From contig JAPMXV010000077.1 in assembly GCA_026936335.1 (NCBI GenBank), positions 1 through 64,000 on the forward strand: a DNA stretch of 64,000 nucleotides. The letters are read 5' to 3'. The notes beneath the pieces were generated by a model. That model was not told where the DNA came from. It did not search any database and was given only the letters and a program-made list of their open reading frames with translations. Shown piece by piece: positions 1 to 13,430 of the stretch. This DNA is from Mantamonas sphyraenae STR306 (taxonomy: Eukaryota > Protista > CRuMs). Every line of letters begins with the position of its first letter. The first letter of the stretch is position 1. The position numbers and the translations under genes are program-made.

Positions 1-130
1 CTAACCCTAACCCTAACCCTAACCCTAACCCTAACCCTAACCCTAACCCTAACCCTAACCCTAACCCTAACCCTAACCCTAACCCTAACCCTAACCCTAA
101 CCCTAACCCTAACCCTAACCCTAACCCTAA
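1..130. repeat. Telomeric repeat array (CCCTAA)n = (TTAGGG)n, chromosome end
   Basis: Uninterrupted CCCTAA hexamers from base 1 to ~130, with the C-rich strand at the 5' end as expected for a left chromosome end. Confidence 0.98.
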
Positions 131-416
131 CTCTATCCTTCTTAATATTAATATGAGGATGTTATGGAGGTGATGAGTCTGGTTTATGTCGAGTGAGTTG
201 TGCTTGTGTTTGCTGGCGGGGTGGCTGAATTGCGTGGTGCCATGGTGCTGTGGGCAGTTGGTGGGAGTGGAAATGTTGCTGGTGAGTGGCCGTCGTCCTG
301 CAACGCCGCGCAGTCAGCACTGCCCATCCGCCTTCAACCAAAATATCACCAACACCCACAACACCCTTCACCAGTGCAACACAATCCACATACCTTCCAG
401 TACCACCACTACCACC

Positions 417-2871
417 ATGGACGAAGACTACTCAAGCACTCCGAAGCAACAACACACACCCAACATCTACCCAGCGTGCGTTCTGCCTTCCACTTCGTTT
501 TCTGACTGCCCGCTTCTCCCGCTTCCTTGCCTCCTCCATGCCTCCGTCGCCTCCCTCCAGTCCTTCCCTGCATCTCCACTTCCCCATCACCACCGTTGCT
601 GCCTTATCCGCTCTTCTCCGATCCCCTCTCCCCTGTCACTGCCCTCCCCGTTGCCAGTTTCTCGGTCTGCCAATCGCCTCCGTTTTTCCCTCTCTGCTCG
701 TTCCGGCCTCCCTTCACCCCCGTCTCTGCCCTGACGGCGGCCATTCCGCCTTCCACTCACCGTTCCCACCCCGCCCTGCCCCTCCGCGTCTCCCCCACAG
801 CTACGGGTACATGGTCCCTTCCATGGCTGCCCAGCCGTTTCCGGACATGCTGCCCGCCTCTGGCGTGCAAAACCCGTACCAGCACCCACAACCACCCATC
901 ATATGGGTCCCTGTCAACACCCACTTGCAGCAGCACCACGCATATGCTCATCACGGCCACCCATACTACGCCTACCCACCTCCACCGCCTCCTCAGCCGC
1001 GACAAACCGCCCAGTTGCACTTCGCTCAGCCTCCGTCGCACCCTCCGCCTGCTCAACCCACCACAAACCACAACCGCGTCCCCAAACGCGTCAGCCCTGC
1101 CTTTGTTGGCATCACACGGACCACATCTACCACCACATCGTCGTCCTCCCCCCACCAGGCCACACGGCAGACTGGAGACAGCGACGACGACGACGCAGAC
1201 CAGGACACACACACACATGACACCGGCGACGTGGAGGACCTGATGTTCCTGAACTTTGGCCACCGTGAGCCACGTTCGACCTCCAGCAAGTCAGAGTGGA
1301 TGACCAGTTCATGGATGGAGGCGTATGATGAAGACGGCGAGGCCAACGACGCGACCCAGCAGCACGTGGACGACGAGTTGGACACTCAGGGCCCACTCAG
1401 CTTTGCAGAGACTGGTGATGCCATGGATGAAGAGTACATGCCACAAGTCGACAGCGACGACGACGCAGACGACTTGGAGCAGGAGGACTCGGACGAATGG
1501 CAGCCGAGACACACAAGTGGAAGCCGCACACAACAACGCAGAGGCCACATCAGCCGTCGTGCTGGTCCACAGAAGTTGAAAGGCAACGGACAGAGCAGGC
1601 TCAGGGTCACGGCTGGCAGTGGCACCGAGACAGGAACGTCGAGCACACGAGCAAGGAGGGCCAAGAACGGAAACAACGGCGCACGGAAGAAAGCAGGCAT
1701 GAACAAGACGAACAAGGTGCCGGATGGCGTTGTGCGCAAAGGGTGGACATGGGGGTACAGTGACGAGCGCAGCCGCAGCAACAAGAAGGAGCACACGGCA
1801 CTGCTGAAGCACATGCACACCCTGGCCAACGAGCATCCCATCGACAACATCCCCGACCTCATGACCCTACAGGCGCGTGTTGTGGTCTGCCATGGCACCT
1901 TGACCACGCTTGTCCGACAGATTCAGCTCGCTCTGGGCAATGTTCCACTCTCCCAGGGCGACATGGCCTTCTGCCTCATCCTTCTGGGCCATGATGTGGA
2001 TCAACAGGCGTGCAGTGATGCCATCCGTGTCGCTGGTCTGGCCATGGGTGTGACAAAGGCTGGGTTGAAGGTGTGCTGGCTGGAGGAGCCACACGACCAC
2101 GGCGACCCCAACTACGCCCTCTTTCATCTGCTCATGCCAGAGATGGACCGTCTCGGCGACAGGCCCCATCCCACCACCTGGAAGGAGCACAAGCAGACCC
2201 AGCTGTGGCTGCAGAAAGCACGACGCCCTGCTGACAACGACAGCGACCCACACTGGACTCAATGCGACTACGACCACCACCTCACCACCACAGAGGTGGA
2301 CAAGTGGCATCCTGTGTCTGTGCGCAGTGGCTGGAGCAAGACCCGGGGTGACGCGACCGACGAGCGTGGCAGCTGCACGGCGCGGGAGTTCCAGACGCTG
2401 CTGGCACACATGAAGGCACGCGCAGCCCAGCACACGCGCCATCAACACGCAAAAGAGCACCATGCACTGCGTGAGCTGATCAACAACGGCAGCCTGGAGT
2501 CCCTTGTGCGACACATCATCCTGGCACTGGGCAACGTTGGCGTGCCGCCTGTCGACCTGGCCTTCTTTGTCCGCCTCCTCAGGCCACGGCTCACCTACCA
2601 CCAGGTGGTTGGTGCCATCAGCAACACCCTCACCCGCGGCGTCACCTCCCTCTCCCTCAAGATCGCGTGGCTCGACAACCCCCAACGCAGCGACGCCACA
2701 CTGCACACCCTCCTCCAAACCCTCCTCGACCGCATCACACCCCACATCACCACCCGCCCCACCACAGTCGCACTCGTCAACGCCTACCCCATCCCCTCCT
2801 TCACCCTGCCCAAGCGCAAAGACCATTCCTCCTCCTCCTCCTCTTCCTCCAAACGCCAACGCCTCGAGTGA
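417..2871 (+). CDS. Telomere-adjacent nuclear protein with two tandem winged-helix-like domains; exons 417-475 and 801-2871
   Basis: ACCATGG start at 417. A pyrimidine-rich intron 476-800 (GTGCGT...CCCCACAG) joins in frame (59 nt + 1) to the long ORF. Pro-rich and acidic N-half. Internal duplication: VRKGW..DER..LLKHM..LVRQIQLALGNV..DMAF..LKVCWL vs VRSGW..DER..LLAHM..LVRHIILALGNV..DLAF..LKIAWL. NLS-like KRQRLE end. The wHTH call is inference. Confidence 0.75.
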
Positions 2872-2985
2872 ACCACCCTTTCATTCTTACACCGTCACCA
2901 CTCACCCTCCCCTCCCCATCCACCCATTCACCCTCCATCACCTGTCCGGAAGCGTCACCATCCCTCTACACGGCCGACTTCATGC

Positions 2986-5900
2986 AGCACGACCCACACT
3001 ACACCATACACAACGCCATGTCCTCCACAGAACTACTCTCAGTCTCTGTTCATGCTCCACTCCGTACTCTGGTCACTTTCTCATTCCACCTTCTGCCTCC
3101 TGCACGTTTGCCTCACCCGGCCCGCCCGACAACCACAACCACGAACCACACTACACCATACACCACGCCTAATCCTCCACAGAACTACTCTCAGTCACTG
3201 TTGATGCTCCACTTCGTACTCTGGTCACTTTCTCATTCCACCTTCTTCCTCCTGCACGTCTGCCTCACCCGGCCCGCCCGACAACTCCAAGCACGAACCA
3301 CACTACACCATACACCACGCCTAATCCTCCACAGAACTACTCCCAGTCTCTGTTGATGCTCCACTTCGTACTCTGGTCACTTTCTCATTCCACCTTCTGC
3401 CGCCTGCACGTTTGCCTCACCCGTCCCGCCCGACAACTCCAAGCACGAACCACACTAGGCCATACTCCACGCCATGTCCTCCACAGAACTACTCTCAGTC
3501 ACTGTTGATGCTCCACTTCGTACTCTGGTCACCTTCTCATTTCACCTTCTGCCTCCTGCACGTTTGCCTCACCCGGCCCGCCCGACAACTCCAAGCACGT
3601 ACCACACTACACCATACACCACGCCATGTCCTCCACAGTACTACTCTCAGTCACTGTTGATGCTCCACTTCGTTCTCTGGTCACCTTCTCATTCCACCTT
3701 CTGCCTCCTGCACGTTTGCTTCACCCGGCCCGGCCGACAACCCCAAGCACAAACCACACTACACCATGCACCACGCCATGTCCTCCACACAACTACTCTC
3801 AGTCACTGTTGATGCTCCACTTCGTACTCTGGTCACTTTCTCATTCCACCTTCTGCCTCCTGCACGTTTGCCTCAGCCGTCCCGCCCGACAACCCCAAGC
3901 ACGAACCACACTACACCATACACCACGCCATGTCCTCCACAGAACTACTCTCAGTCACTGTTGATGCTCCACTCCGTTCTCTGGTCACCTTCTCATTCCA
4001 CCTTCTGCCTCCTGCACGTTTGCCTCAGTCGTCCCGCCCGACAACCCCAAGCACGAACCACACTACACCATACACCACGCCATGTCCTCCACAGAACTAC
4101 TCTCAGTCACTGTTGATGCTCCACTTCGTACTCTGGTCACTTTCTCATTTCACCTTCTGCATCCTGCACGTTTGCTTCACCCGCCCCGGCCGACTACTCC
4201 AAGCACGAGCCACACTACACCATACACCACGCCATGTCCTCCACACAACTACTCTCAGTCACTGTTGATGCTCCACTCCGTACTCTGGTCACCTTCTCAT
4301 TCCACCTTCTGCCGCCTGCACGTTTGCCTCACCCGTCCCGCCCGACAACCCCAAGCACAAACCACACTACACCATGCACCACGCCATGTCCTCCACACAA
4401 CTACTCTCAGTCACTGTTGATGCTCCACTTCGTACTCTGGTCACTTTCTCATTCCACCTTCTGCCGCCTGCACGTTTGCCTCACCCGTCCCGCCCGACAA
4501 CTCCAAGCACGATCCACACTACACCATACACCACGCCATGTCCTCCACAGAACTACTCTCAGTCACTGTTGATGCTCCACTTCGTACTCTGGTCACTTTC
4601 TCATTTCACCTTCTGCATCCTGCACGTTTGCTTCACCCGCCCCGGCCGACTACTCCAAGCACGAGCCACACTACACCATACACCACGCCTAATCCTCCAC
4701 AGAACTACTCTCAGTCACTGTTGATGCTCCACTTCGTACTCTGGTCACTTTCTCATTTCACCTTCTGCATCCTGCACGTTTGCTTCACCCGCCCCGGCCG
4801 ACTACTCCAAGCACGAGCCACACTACACCATACACCACGCCATGTCCTCCACACAACTACTCTCAGTCACTGTTGATGCTCCACTCCGTACTCTGGTCAC
4901 CTTCTCATTCCACCTTCTGCCGCCTGCACGTTTGCCTCACCCGTCCCGCCCGACAACTCCAAGCACGAACCACACTACACCATACACCACGCCATGTCCT
5001 CCACAGTACTACTCTCAGTCACTGTTGATGCTCCACTTCGTACTCTGGTCACTTTCTCATTCCACCTTCTGCCGCCTGCACGTTTGCCTCACCCGTCCCG
5101 CCCGACAACCCCAAGCACAAACCACACTACACCATGCACCACGCCATGTCCTCCACACAACTACTCTCAGTCACTGTTGATGCTCCACTTCGTACTCTGG
5201 TCACTTTCTCATTCCACCTTCTGCCTCCTGCACGTTTGCCTCAGCCGTCCCGCCCGACAACCCCAAGCACAAACCACACTACACCATGCACCACGCCATG
5301 TCCTCCACACAACTACTCTCAGTCACTGTTGATGCTCCACTTCGTACTCTGGTCACTTTCTCATTCCACCTTCTGCCGCCTGCACGTTTGCCTCAGTCGT
5401 CCCGCCCGACAACCCCAACCACGAACCACACTACACCATACACCACGCCATGTCCTCCACAGAACTACTCTCAGTCACTGTTGATGCTCCACTTCGTACT
5501 CTGGTCACTTTCTCATTTCACCTTCTGCATCCTGCACGTTTGCTTCACCCGCCCCGGCCGACTACTCCAAGCACGAACCACACTACACCATACACCACGC
5601 CATGTCCTCCACACAACTACTCTCAGTCACTGTTGATGCTCCACTTCGTACTCTGGTCACTTTCTCATTCCACCTTCTGCCGCCTGCACGTTTGCCTCAC
5701 CCGTCCCGCCCGACAACTCCAAGCACGAACCACACTACACCATACACCACGCCATGTCCTCCACAGTACTACTCTCAGTCACTGTTGATGCTCCACTTCG
5801 TACTCTGGTCACTTTCTCATTCCACCTTCTGCCGCCTGCACGTTTGCCTCAGTCGTCCCGCCCGACAACCCCAACCACGAACCACACTACACCATGCACC

Positions 5901-8900
5901 ACGCCATGTCCTCCACACAACTACTCTCAGTCACTGTTGATGCTCCACTTCGTACTCTGGTCACTTTCTCATTCCACCTTCTGCCTCCTGCACGTTTGCC
6001 TCAGCCGTCCCGCCCGACAACCCCAAGCACAAACCACACTACACCATGCACCACGCCATGTCCTCCACACAACTACTCTCAGTCACTGTTGATGCTCCAC
6101 TTCGTACTCTGGTCACTTTCTCATTCCACCTTCTGCCGCCTGCACGTTTGCCTCAGTCGTCCCGCCCGACAACCCCAACCACGAACCACACTACACCATA
6201 CACCACGCCATGTCCTCCACAGAACTACTCTCAGTCACTGTTGATGCTCCACTTCGTACTCTGGTCACTTTCTCATTCCACCTTCTGCCGCCTGCACGTT
6301 TGCCTCACCCGTCCCGCCCGACAACCCCAAGCACAAACCACACTACACCATGCACACACGCCATGTCCTCCACACAACTACTCTCAGTCACTGTTGATGC
6401 TCCACTTCGTACTCTGGTCACTTTCTCATTCACCTTCTGCCGCCTGCACGTCTGCCTCACCCGGCCCGCCCGACAACCACAACCACGACCCACACTACAC
6501 CATACACCACGCCATGTCCTCCACACAACTACTCTCAGTCACTGTTGATGCTCCACTCCGTACTCTGGTCACCTTCTCATTCCACCTTCTGCCGCCTGCA
6601 CGTTTGCCTCACCCGTCCCGCCCGACAACCCCAAGCACAAACCACACTACACCATACACCACGCCATGTCCTCCACAGTACTACTCTCAGTCACTGTTCA
6701 TGCTCCACTTCGTACTCTGGTCACTTTCTCATTCCACCTTCTGCCTCCTGCACACCTGCCTCAGTCCTCCCGGCCACATTCCCCAACCACGTGCCACACT
6801 ACACCATACACCACGCCTAATCCTCCACAGAACTACTCTCAGTCACTGTTGATGCTCCACTTCGTACTCTGGTCACTTTCTCATTCCACCTTCTGCCGCC
6901 TGCACGTTTGCCTCACCCGTCCCGCCCGACAACTCCAAGCACGAACCACACTACACCATACACCACGCCTAATCCTCCACAGAACTACTCTCAGTCTCTG
7001 TTGATGCTCCACTCCGTACTCTGGTCACCTTCTCATTCCACCCTCTGCCTCCTGCACGTTTGCCTCACCCGGCCCGCCCGACAACTCCAAGCACGAACCA
7101 CACTACACCATACACCACGCCTAATCCTCCACAGAACTACTCTCAGTCTCTGTTGATGCTCCACTCCGTACTCTGGTCACCTTCTCATTCCACCCTCTGC
7201 CTCCTGCACGTTTGCCTCACCCGGCCCGCCCGACAACTCCAAGCACGACCCACACTACACCATACTCCACGCCTAATCCTCCACACACGTACTCTCAGTC
7301 ACTGTTGATGCTCCACTCCGTACTCTGGTCACTTTCTCATTCCACCTTCTGCCGCCTGCACGTTTGCCTCACCCGTCCCGCCCGACAACTCCAAGCACGA
7401 ACCACACTAGGCCATACTCCACGCCATGTCCTCCACAGAACTACTCTCAGTCACTGTTGATGCTCCACTTCGTACTCTGGTCACCTTCTCATTTTCACCT
7501 TCTGCCTCCTGCACGTTTGCCTCACCCGGCCCGCCCGACAACTCCAAGCACGTACCACACTACACCATACACCACGCCATGTCCTCCACAGTACTACTCT
7601 CAGTCACTGTTGATGCTCCACTTCGTTCTCTGGTCACCTTCTCATTCCACCTTCTGCCTCCTGCACGTTTGCTTCACCCGGCCCGGCCGACAACCCCAAG
7701 CACAAACCACACTACACCATGCACCACGCCATGTCCTCCACACAACTACTCTCAGTCACTGTTGATGCTCCACTTCGTACTCTGGTCACTTTCTCATTCC
7801 ACCTTCTGCCGCCTGCACGTTTGCCTCACCCGTCCCGCCCGACAACCCCAAGCACAAACCACACTACACCATGCACCACGCCATGTCCTCCACACAACTA
7901 CTCTCAGTCACTGTTGATGCTCCACTTCGTACTCTGGTCACTTTCTCATTCACCTTCTGCCTCCTGCACGTTTGCCGCACCCGTCCCGCCCGACAACTCC
8001 AACCACAAACCACACTACACCATACACAACGCCATGTCCTCAACACAACTACTCTCAGTCACTGTTGGCGCTCCACTTCGTACTCTGGTCACTTTCTCAT
8101 CCACCTTCTGCCGCCTGCACGTCTGCCTCACCCGGCCCGCCCGACAACCACAACCACGACCCACACTACACCATACACCACGCCATGTCCTCCACACAAC
8201 TACTCTCAGTCACTGTTGATGCTCCACTCCGTACTCTGGTCACTTTCTCATTCCACCTTCTGCCGCCTGCACGTTTGCTGCAGTCGCCCCGGCCACATTC
8301 CCCAACCACGAACCACACTACACCATGCACCACTCCATGTCCTCCACACAACTACTCTCAGTCACTGTTGATGCTCCACTTCGTACTCTGGTCACTTTCT
8401 CATTCACCTTCTGCCGCCTGCACGTCTGCCTCACCCGGCCCGCCCGACAACCACAACCACGACCCACACTACACCATACACCACGCCATGTCCTCCACAC
8501 AACTACTCTCAGTCACTGTTGATGCTCCACTCCGTACTCTGGTCACCTTCTCATTCCACCTTCTGCCGCCTGCACGTTTGCCTCACCCGTCCCGCCCGAC
8601 AACCCCAAGCACAAACCACACTACACCATGCACCACGCCATGTCCTCCACACAACTACTCTCAGTCACTGTTGATGCTCCACTTCGTACTCTGGTCACTT
8701 TCTCATTCCACCTTCTGCCGCCTGCACGTTTGCCTCACCCGTCCCGCCCGACAACTCCAAGCACGAACCACACTACACCATACACCACGCCTAATCCTCC
8801 ACAGAACTACTCTCAGTCTCTGTTGATGCTCCACTCCGTACTCTGGTCACCTTCTCATTCCACCCTCTGCCTCCTGCACGTTTGCCTCACCCGGCCCGCC

Positions 8901-11440
8901 CGACAACTCCAAGCACGAACCACACTACACCATACACCACGCCTAATCCTCCACAGAACTACTCTCAGTCTCTGTTGATGCTCCACTCCGTACTCTGGTC
9001 ACCTTCTCATTCCACCCTCTGCCTCCTGCACGTTTGCCTCACCCGGCCCGCCCGACAACTCCAAGCACGACCCACACTACACCATACTCCACGCCTAATC
9101 CTCCACACACGTACTCTCAGTCACTGTTGATGCTCCACTCCGTACTCTGGTCACTTTCTCATTCCACCTTCTGCCGCCTGCACGTTTGCCTCACCCGTCC
9201 CGCCCGACAACTCCAAGCACGAACCACACTAGGCCATACTCCACGCCATGTCCTCCACAGAACTACTCTCAGTCACTGTTGATGCTCCACTTCGTACTCT
9301 GGTCACCTTCTCATTTCACCTTCTGCCTCCTGCACGTTTGCCTCACCCGGCCCGCCCGACAACTCCAAGCACGTACCACACTACACCATACACCACGCCA
9401 TGTCCTCCACAGTACTACTCTCAGTCACTGTTGATGCTCCACTTCGTTCTCTGGTCACCTTCTCATTCCACCTTCTGCCTCCTGCACGTTTGCTTCACCC
9501 GGCCCGGCCGACAACCCCAAGCACAAACCACACTACACCATGCACCACGCCATGTCCTCCACACAACTACTCTCAGTCACTGTTGATGCTCCACTTCGTA
9601 CTCTGGTCACTTTCTCATTCCACCTTCTGCCGCCTGCACGTTTGCCTCACCCGTCCCGCCCGACAACCCCAAGCACAAACCACACTACACCATGCACCAC
9701 GCCATGTCCTCCACACAACTACTCTCAGTCACTGTTGATGCTCCACTTCGTACTCTGGTCACTTTCTCATTCACCTTCTGCCTCCTGCACGTTTGCCGCA
9801 CCCGTCCCGCCCGACAACTCCAACCACAAACCACACTACACCATACACAACGCCATGTCCTCAACACAACTACTCTCAGTCACTGTTGGCGCTCCACTTC
9901 GTACTCTGGTCACTTTCTCATCCACCTTCTGCCGCCTGCACGTCTGCCTCACCCGGCCCGCCCGACAACCACAACCACGACCCACACTACACCATACACC
10001 ACGCCATGTCCTCCACACAACTACTCTCAGTCACTGTTGATGCTCCACTCCGTACTCTGGTCACTTTCTCATTCCACCTTCTGCCGCCTGCACGTTTGCT
10101 GCAGTCGCCCCGGCCACATTCCCCAACCACGAACCACACTACACCATGCACCACGCCATGTCCTCCACACAACTACTCTCAGTCACTGTTGATGCTCCAC
10201 TTCGTACTCTGGTCACTTTCTCATTCACCTTCTGCCGCCTGCACGTCTGCCTCACCCGGCCCGCCCGACAACCACAACCACGACCCACACTACACCATAC
10301 ACCACGCCATGTCCTCCACACAACTACTCTCAGTCACTGTTGATGCTCCACTCCGTACTCTGGTCACCTTCTCATTCCACCTTCTGCCGCCTGCACGTTT
10401 GCCTCACCCGTCCCGCCCGACAACCCCAAGCACAAACCACACTACACCATGCACCACGCCATGTCCTCCACACAACTACTCTCAGTCACTGTTGATGCTC
10501 CACTTCGTACTCTGGTCACTTTCTCATTCCACCTTCTGCCGCCTGCACGTTTGCTTCACCCGGCCCGCCCGACAACTCCAACCACGCACCACACTACACC
10601 ATACACCACCCCATGTCCTCCACAGAACTACTCTCAGTCACTGTTGATGCTCCACTTCGTACTCTGGTCACTTTCTCATCCTACCTTCTGCCTTCTGCAC
10701 GTTTGCCTCACCCGCCCCGGCCGACAACTCCAAGCACGACCCACACTACGCCATACTCCACGCCATGTCCTCCGCAGAACTACTCTCAGTCACTGTTCAT
10801 GCTCCACTCCGTACTCTGGTCACTTTCTCATTCCACCTTCTGCCTCCTGCACGTTTGCCGCACTCGTCCCGCCCGACAACTCCAAGCACGACCCACACTA
10901 CGCCATACTCCACGCCATGTCCTCCGCAGAACTACTCTCAGTCACTGTTCATGCTCCACTCCGTACTCTGGTCACTTTCTCATTCCACCTTCTGCCGCCT
11001 GCACGTTTGCTGCAATCCTCCCGGCCGACAACTCCAAACACGACCCACACTACACCATACACCACGCCATGTCCTCGACAGAACTACTCTCAGTCTCTGT
11101 TGTTGCTCCACTCCGTACTCTAGTCACTTTCTCATTCCACCTTCTGCCTCCTGCACGTTTGCCGCACTCGTCCCGGCCGACAACTCCAAACACGACCCAC
11201 ACTACACCATACTCCACGCCTAATCCTCCACACACGTACTCTCAGTCATTTTTGATGCTCCACTCCGTACTCTGGTCACTTTCTCGTTCCACCTTCTTCC
11301 TCCTGCACGTTTGCCTCACCCGTCCCGCCCGACAACTCCAAGCACGACCCACACTACACCATACACCACGCCATGTCCTCCACAGAACTACTCTCAGTCA
11401 CTGTTGATGCTCCACTTCGTACTCTGGTCACCTTCTCATC
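2986..11440. repeat. Subtelomeric satellite, 152-bp monomer, ~55 copies
   Basis: The monomer CACTACACCATACACCACGCCATGTCCTCCACAGAACTACTCTCAGTCACTGTTGATGCTCCACTTCGTACTCTGGTCAC... recurs every 152 bp, and the ORF track repeats at the same period. The period is not a multiple of 3. Confidence 0.97.
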
Positions 11441-12699
11441 CATGCTTCCCACAGCATCCCTTGATCCGAACACCTACTCCACTCTCTCCTTGTCCACTCC
11501 TCTGGTTCCACTTTCCGGCGCCCAGTAGCCGCTGCCTACCTTCAATAAAGATGAATCCTTCTTCAAGCCTGCCTACAGACCATCCATACCTGCATAAACC
11601 CCGTCAAAACCTCATCACTCACCTACCAAACAATGGCTTGCTCCCCAGTCCCTGACTTCAGGACACCTTCTGCGTTCAGTCCTCCATTGTGCACTCGTGC
11701 TCTGCCTCCGCACAGTCGACACAACAGCATTCGCGTCCATCGTGGGCCTTCAGAAGAACGCAAAAAGGCGACGGGCCACGCCTGCGTCCCCTGCCCGAGT
11801 CTGCTTGCACAAGAGCAGTCGGCTTTCCCCTCCCTGCCGTGCCACACTCAACCCCTTACACCACCCGCTGCGTCACCCGTCCTGTGCACACCTTCCCTTG
11901 CCAGTTTGCCCAGTTCCGCAGCATCTGCCACCGCACACATGCATGGCGCCATGCATTGGCATTTCCGCCCGCCCCACGCTGTGCAATACTCCTATCCACT
12001 GTCCACTGCCCTGCTCATCCGCTTGTACCCATTCATTTGGTTGGTTGCGACGCCGTCCACCCCGTTTTCCTCAAACTCACCCATGTGGGCTCCACCGCCA
12101 CCGTTGAGCCACACAACCCCACAGACAGCGTCGAGACAACCATTACACCTCTCCTTTGACTGTTCCATCGCATCTGAGACTTCTCCCAGTGCAGGAAAGG
12201 TGTTGGAGAAACGGCGCTGCAGTGAGTCATGCTCCTGATATCGTGCACATGCCCATCCAACACATGCCTCATACCCCATCACCAGCTCATCCACTCATCC
12301 ATTCTCCAAATCACAACGCTGCTCCATTGCCTCCACAACTTTTCCTCTTCGCCCACTGCGACCCTTTCCTAACCAAATCAACCTCAACGGCGTCGTCATC
12401 CATCCCCACCACCACCAACCTCCCACCTGCTCTCCCCCCATCACGATGCATGTGCAGTCCGCGCCATGACTCCAGGTGTCGAGTCCACACACCACCTTCC
12501 CCGCCACCACACCGATGATCCCGCGCAAGTGGCTCCCCCTTGCCACCGCTATGTTTTCTCTCCCGACCCCCCAACCGCCTGCGTGCGTCCACAGGGCATC
12601 GTGTAGGCAGAAGTCAAGCAGGTGCACGACATCGGCCACACCAAGGCAACCGCTGTGGCCGCCGCACCCAGCGCCCGCCAATTTCTCCTGCTCCTTCCA

Positions 12700-13430
12700 C
12701 CACCCCTCACACCCTCCAACCCACACGCACGTCCACTTTCCCTCCCAGATCACCCGCATTGCCATTCCTATCACCTCCATCCCAAACGCCTGTCACATGT
12801 GACCGTGTTGCATGCATGCATGTGCTGCCTTTTCCAGCCAGCCGATTTATTTTTTTTCAGCTTGTGCGCGCACCACTGCACAAAACGCGTCCTCCAGGCA
12901 GCCACAAGGGTCTACTGGATCCCAGCTTGGGCATAGGTGTGCGCATGCATGTTTTCAATCCCCTTTCAGACTCTCGTGTGTACACATGCTTCGGTGTGCG
13001 TGGTTGATGCGAAAATAGTGCCTCAGGCGGCCGCGGCAACCTCCGGCGAACAGGGGCCGGCGCAAAGCAGCCAGCCACAAAAAAAAAAGTGGCGGTGGAG
13101 ATCTGCACACTTGCACATCTCCCCTCCCCCGGGCAGCCACAAGGGTCTGTTGAATCCAAGATCACGCCCATGTATGTGCATACCCATGCATATCCTCCTC
13201 CTAGGTTGCCAAGAGTACACGATGCGTATGGGTGATGCTTGGTGTGAAAAACTGGGGTGTGCACAGCCCGGCAGAGCGCGGCAACGTCCGGCTGACCCCC
13301 AGCACGGTTCTACATACATTCCTAAGCACCTGAAACGTTGGTCCTGCGACGTGTCCTCCTCGTTGATGTCCTCTGCACTGTACGCTTGCCTGATGCCTTG
13401 GAGGCGTCGCTGCCGTACTCGTCTTCCTCG
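12700..13430. repeat. Duplicated segment (intergenic plus gene 3' end), copy 1; copy 2 at ~14945-15660
   Basis: Colinear similarity, including the palindromes GTCACATGTGAC (12792 / 15029) and TGCATGCATGCA, and the paired motif GCA(G/A)CCACAAGGGTCT. Confidence 0.9.

Noticed and set aside
286-800. N-terminal part of the 861-aa ORF as coding
   Set aside because: Non-ATG start, and 476-800 is better explained as a pyrimidine-rich GT-AG intron.
2986-11440. CRISPR-like array, or coding repeat ORFs (e.g. MSSTELLSVTVDAP...)
   Set aside because: Whole monomers are homologous with no unique spacers, and there are no cas-like genes. The 152-bp period shifts frame every unit, so the ORFs are artefacts.
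11450-12700. Gene between the satellite and the YR-like genes
   Set aside because: Only short broken ORFs with no recognisable motif. Possibly a relic but not callable.
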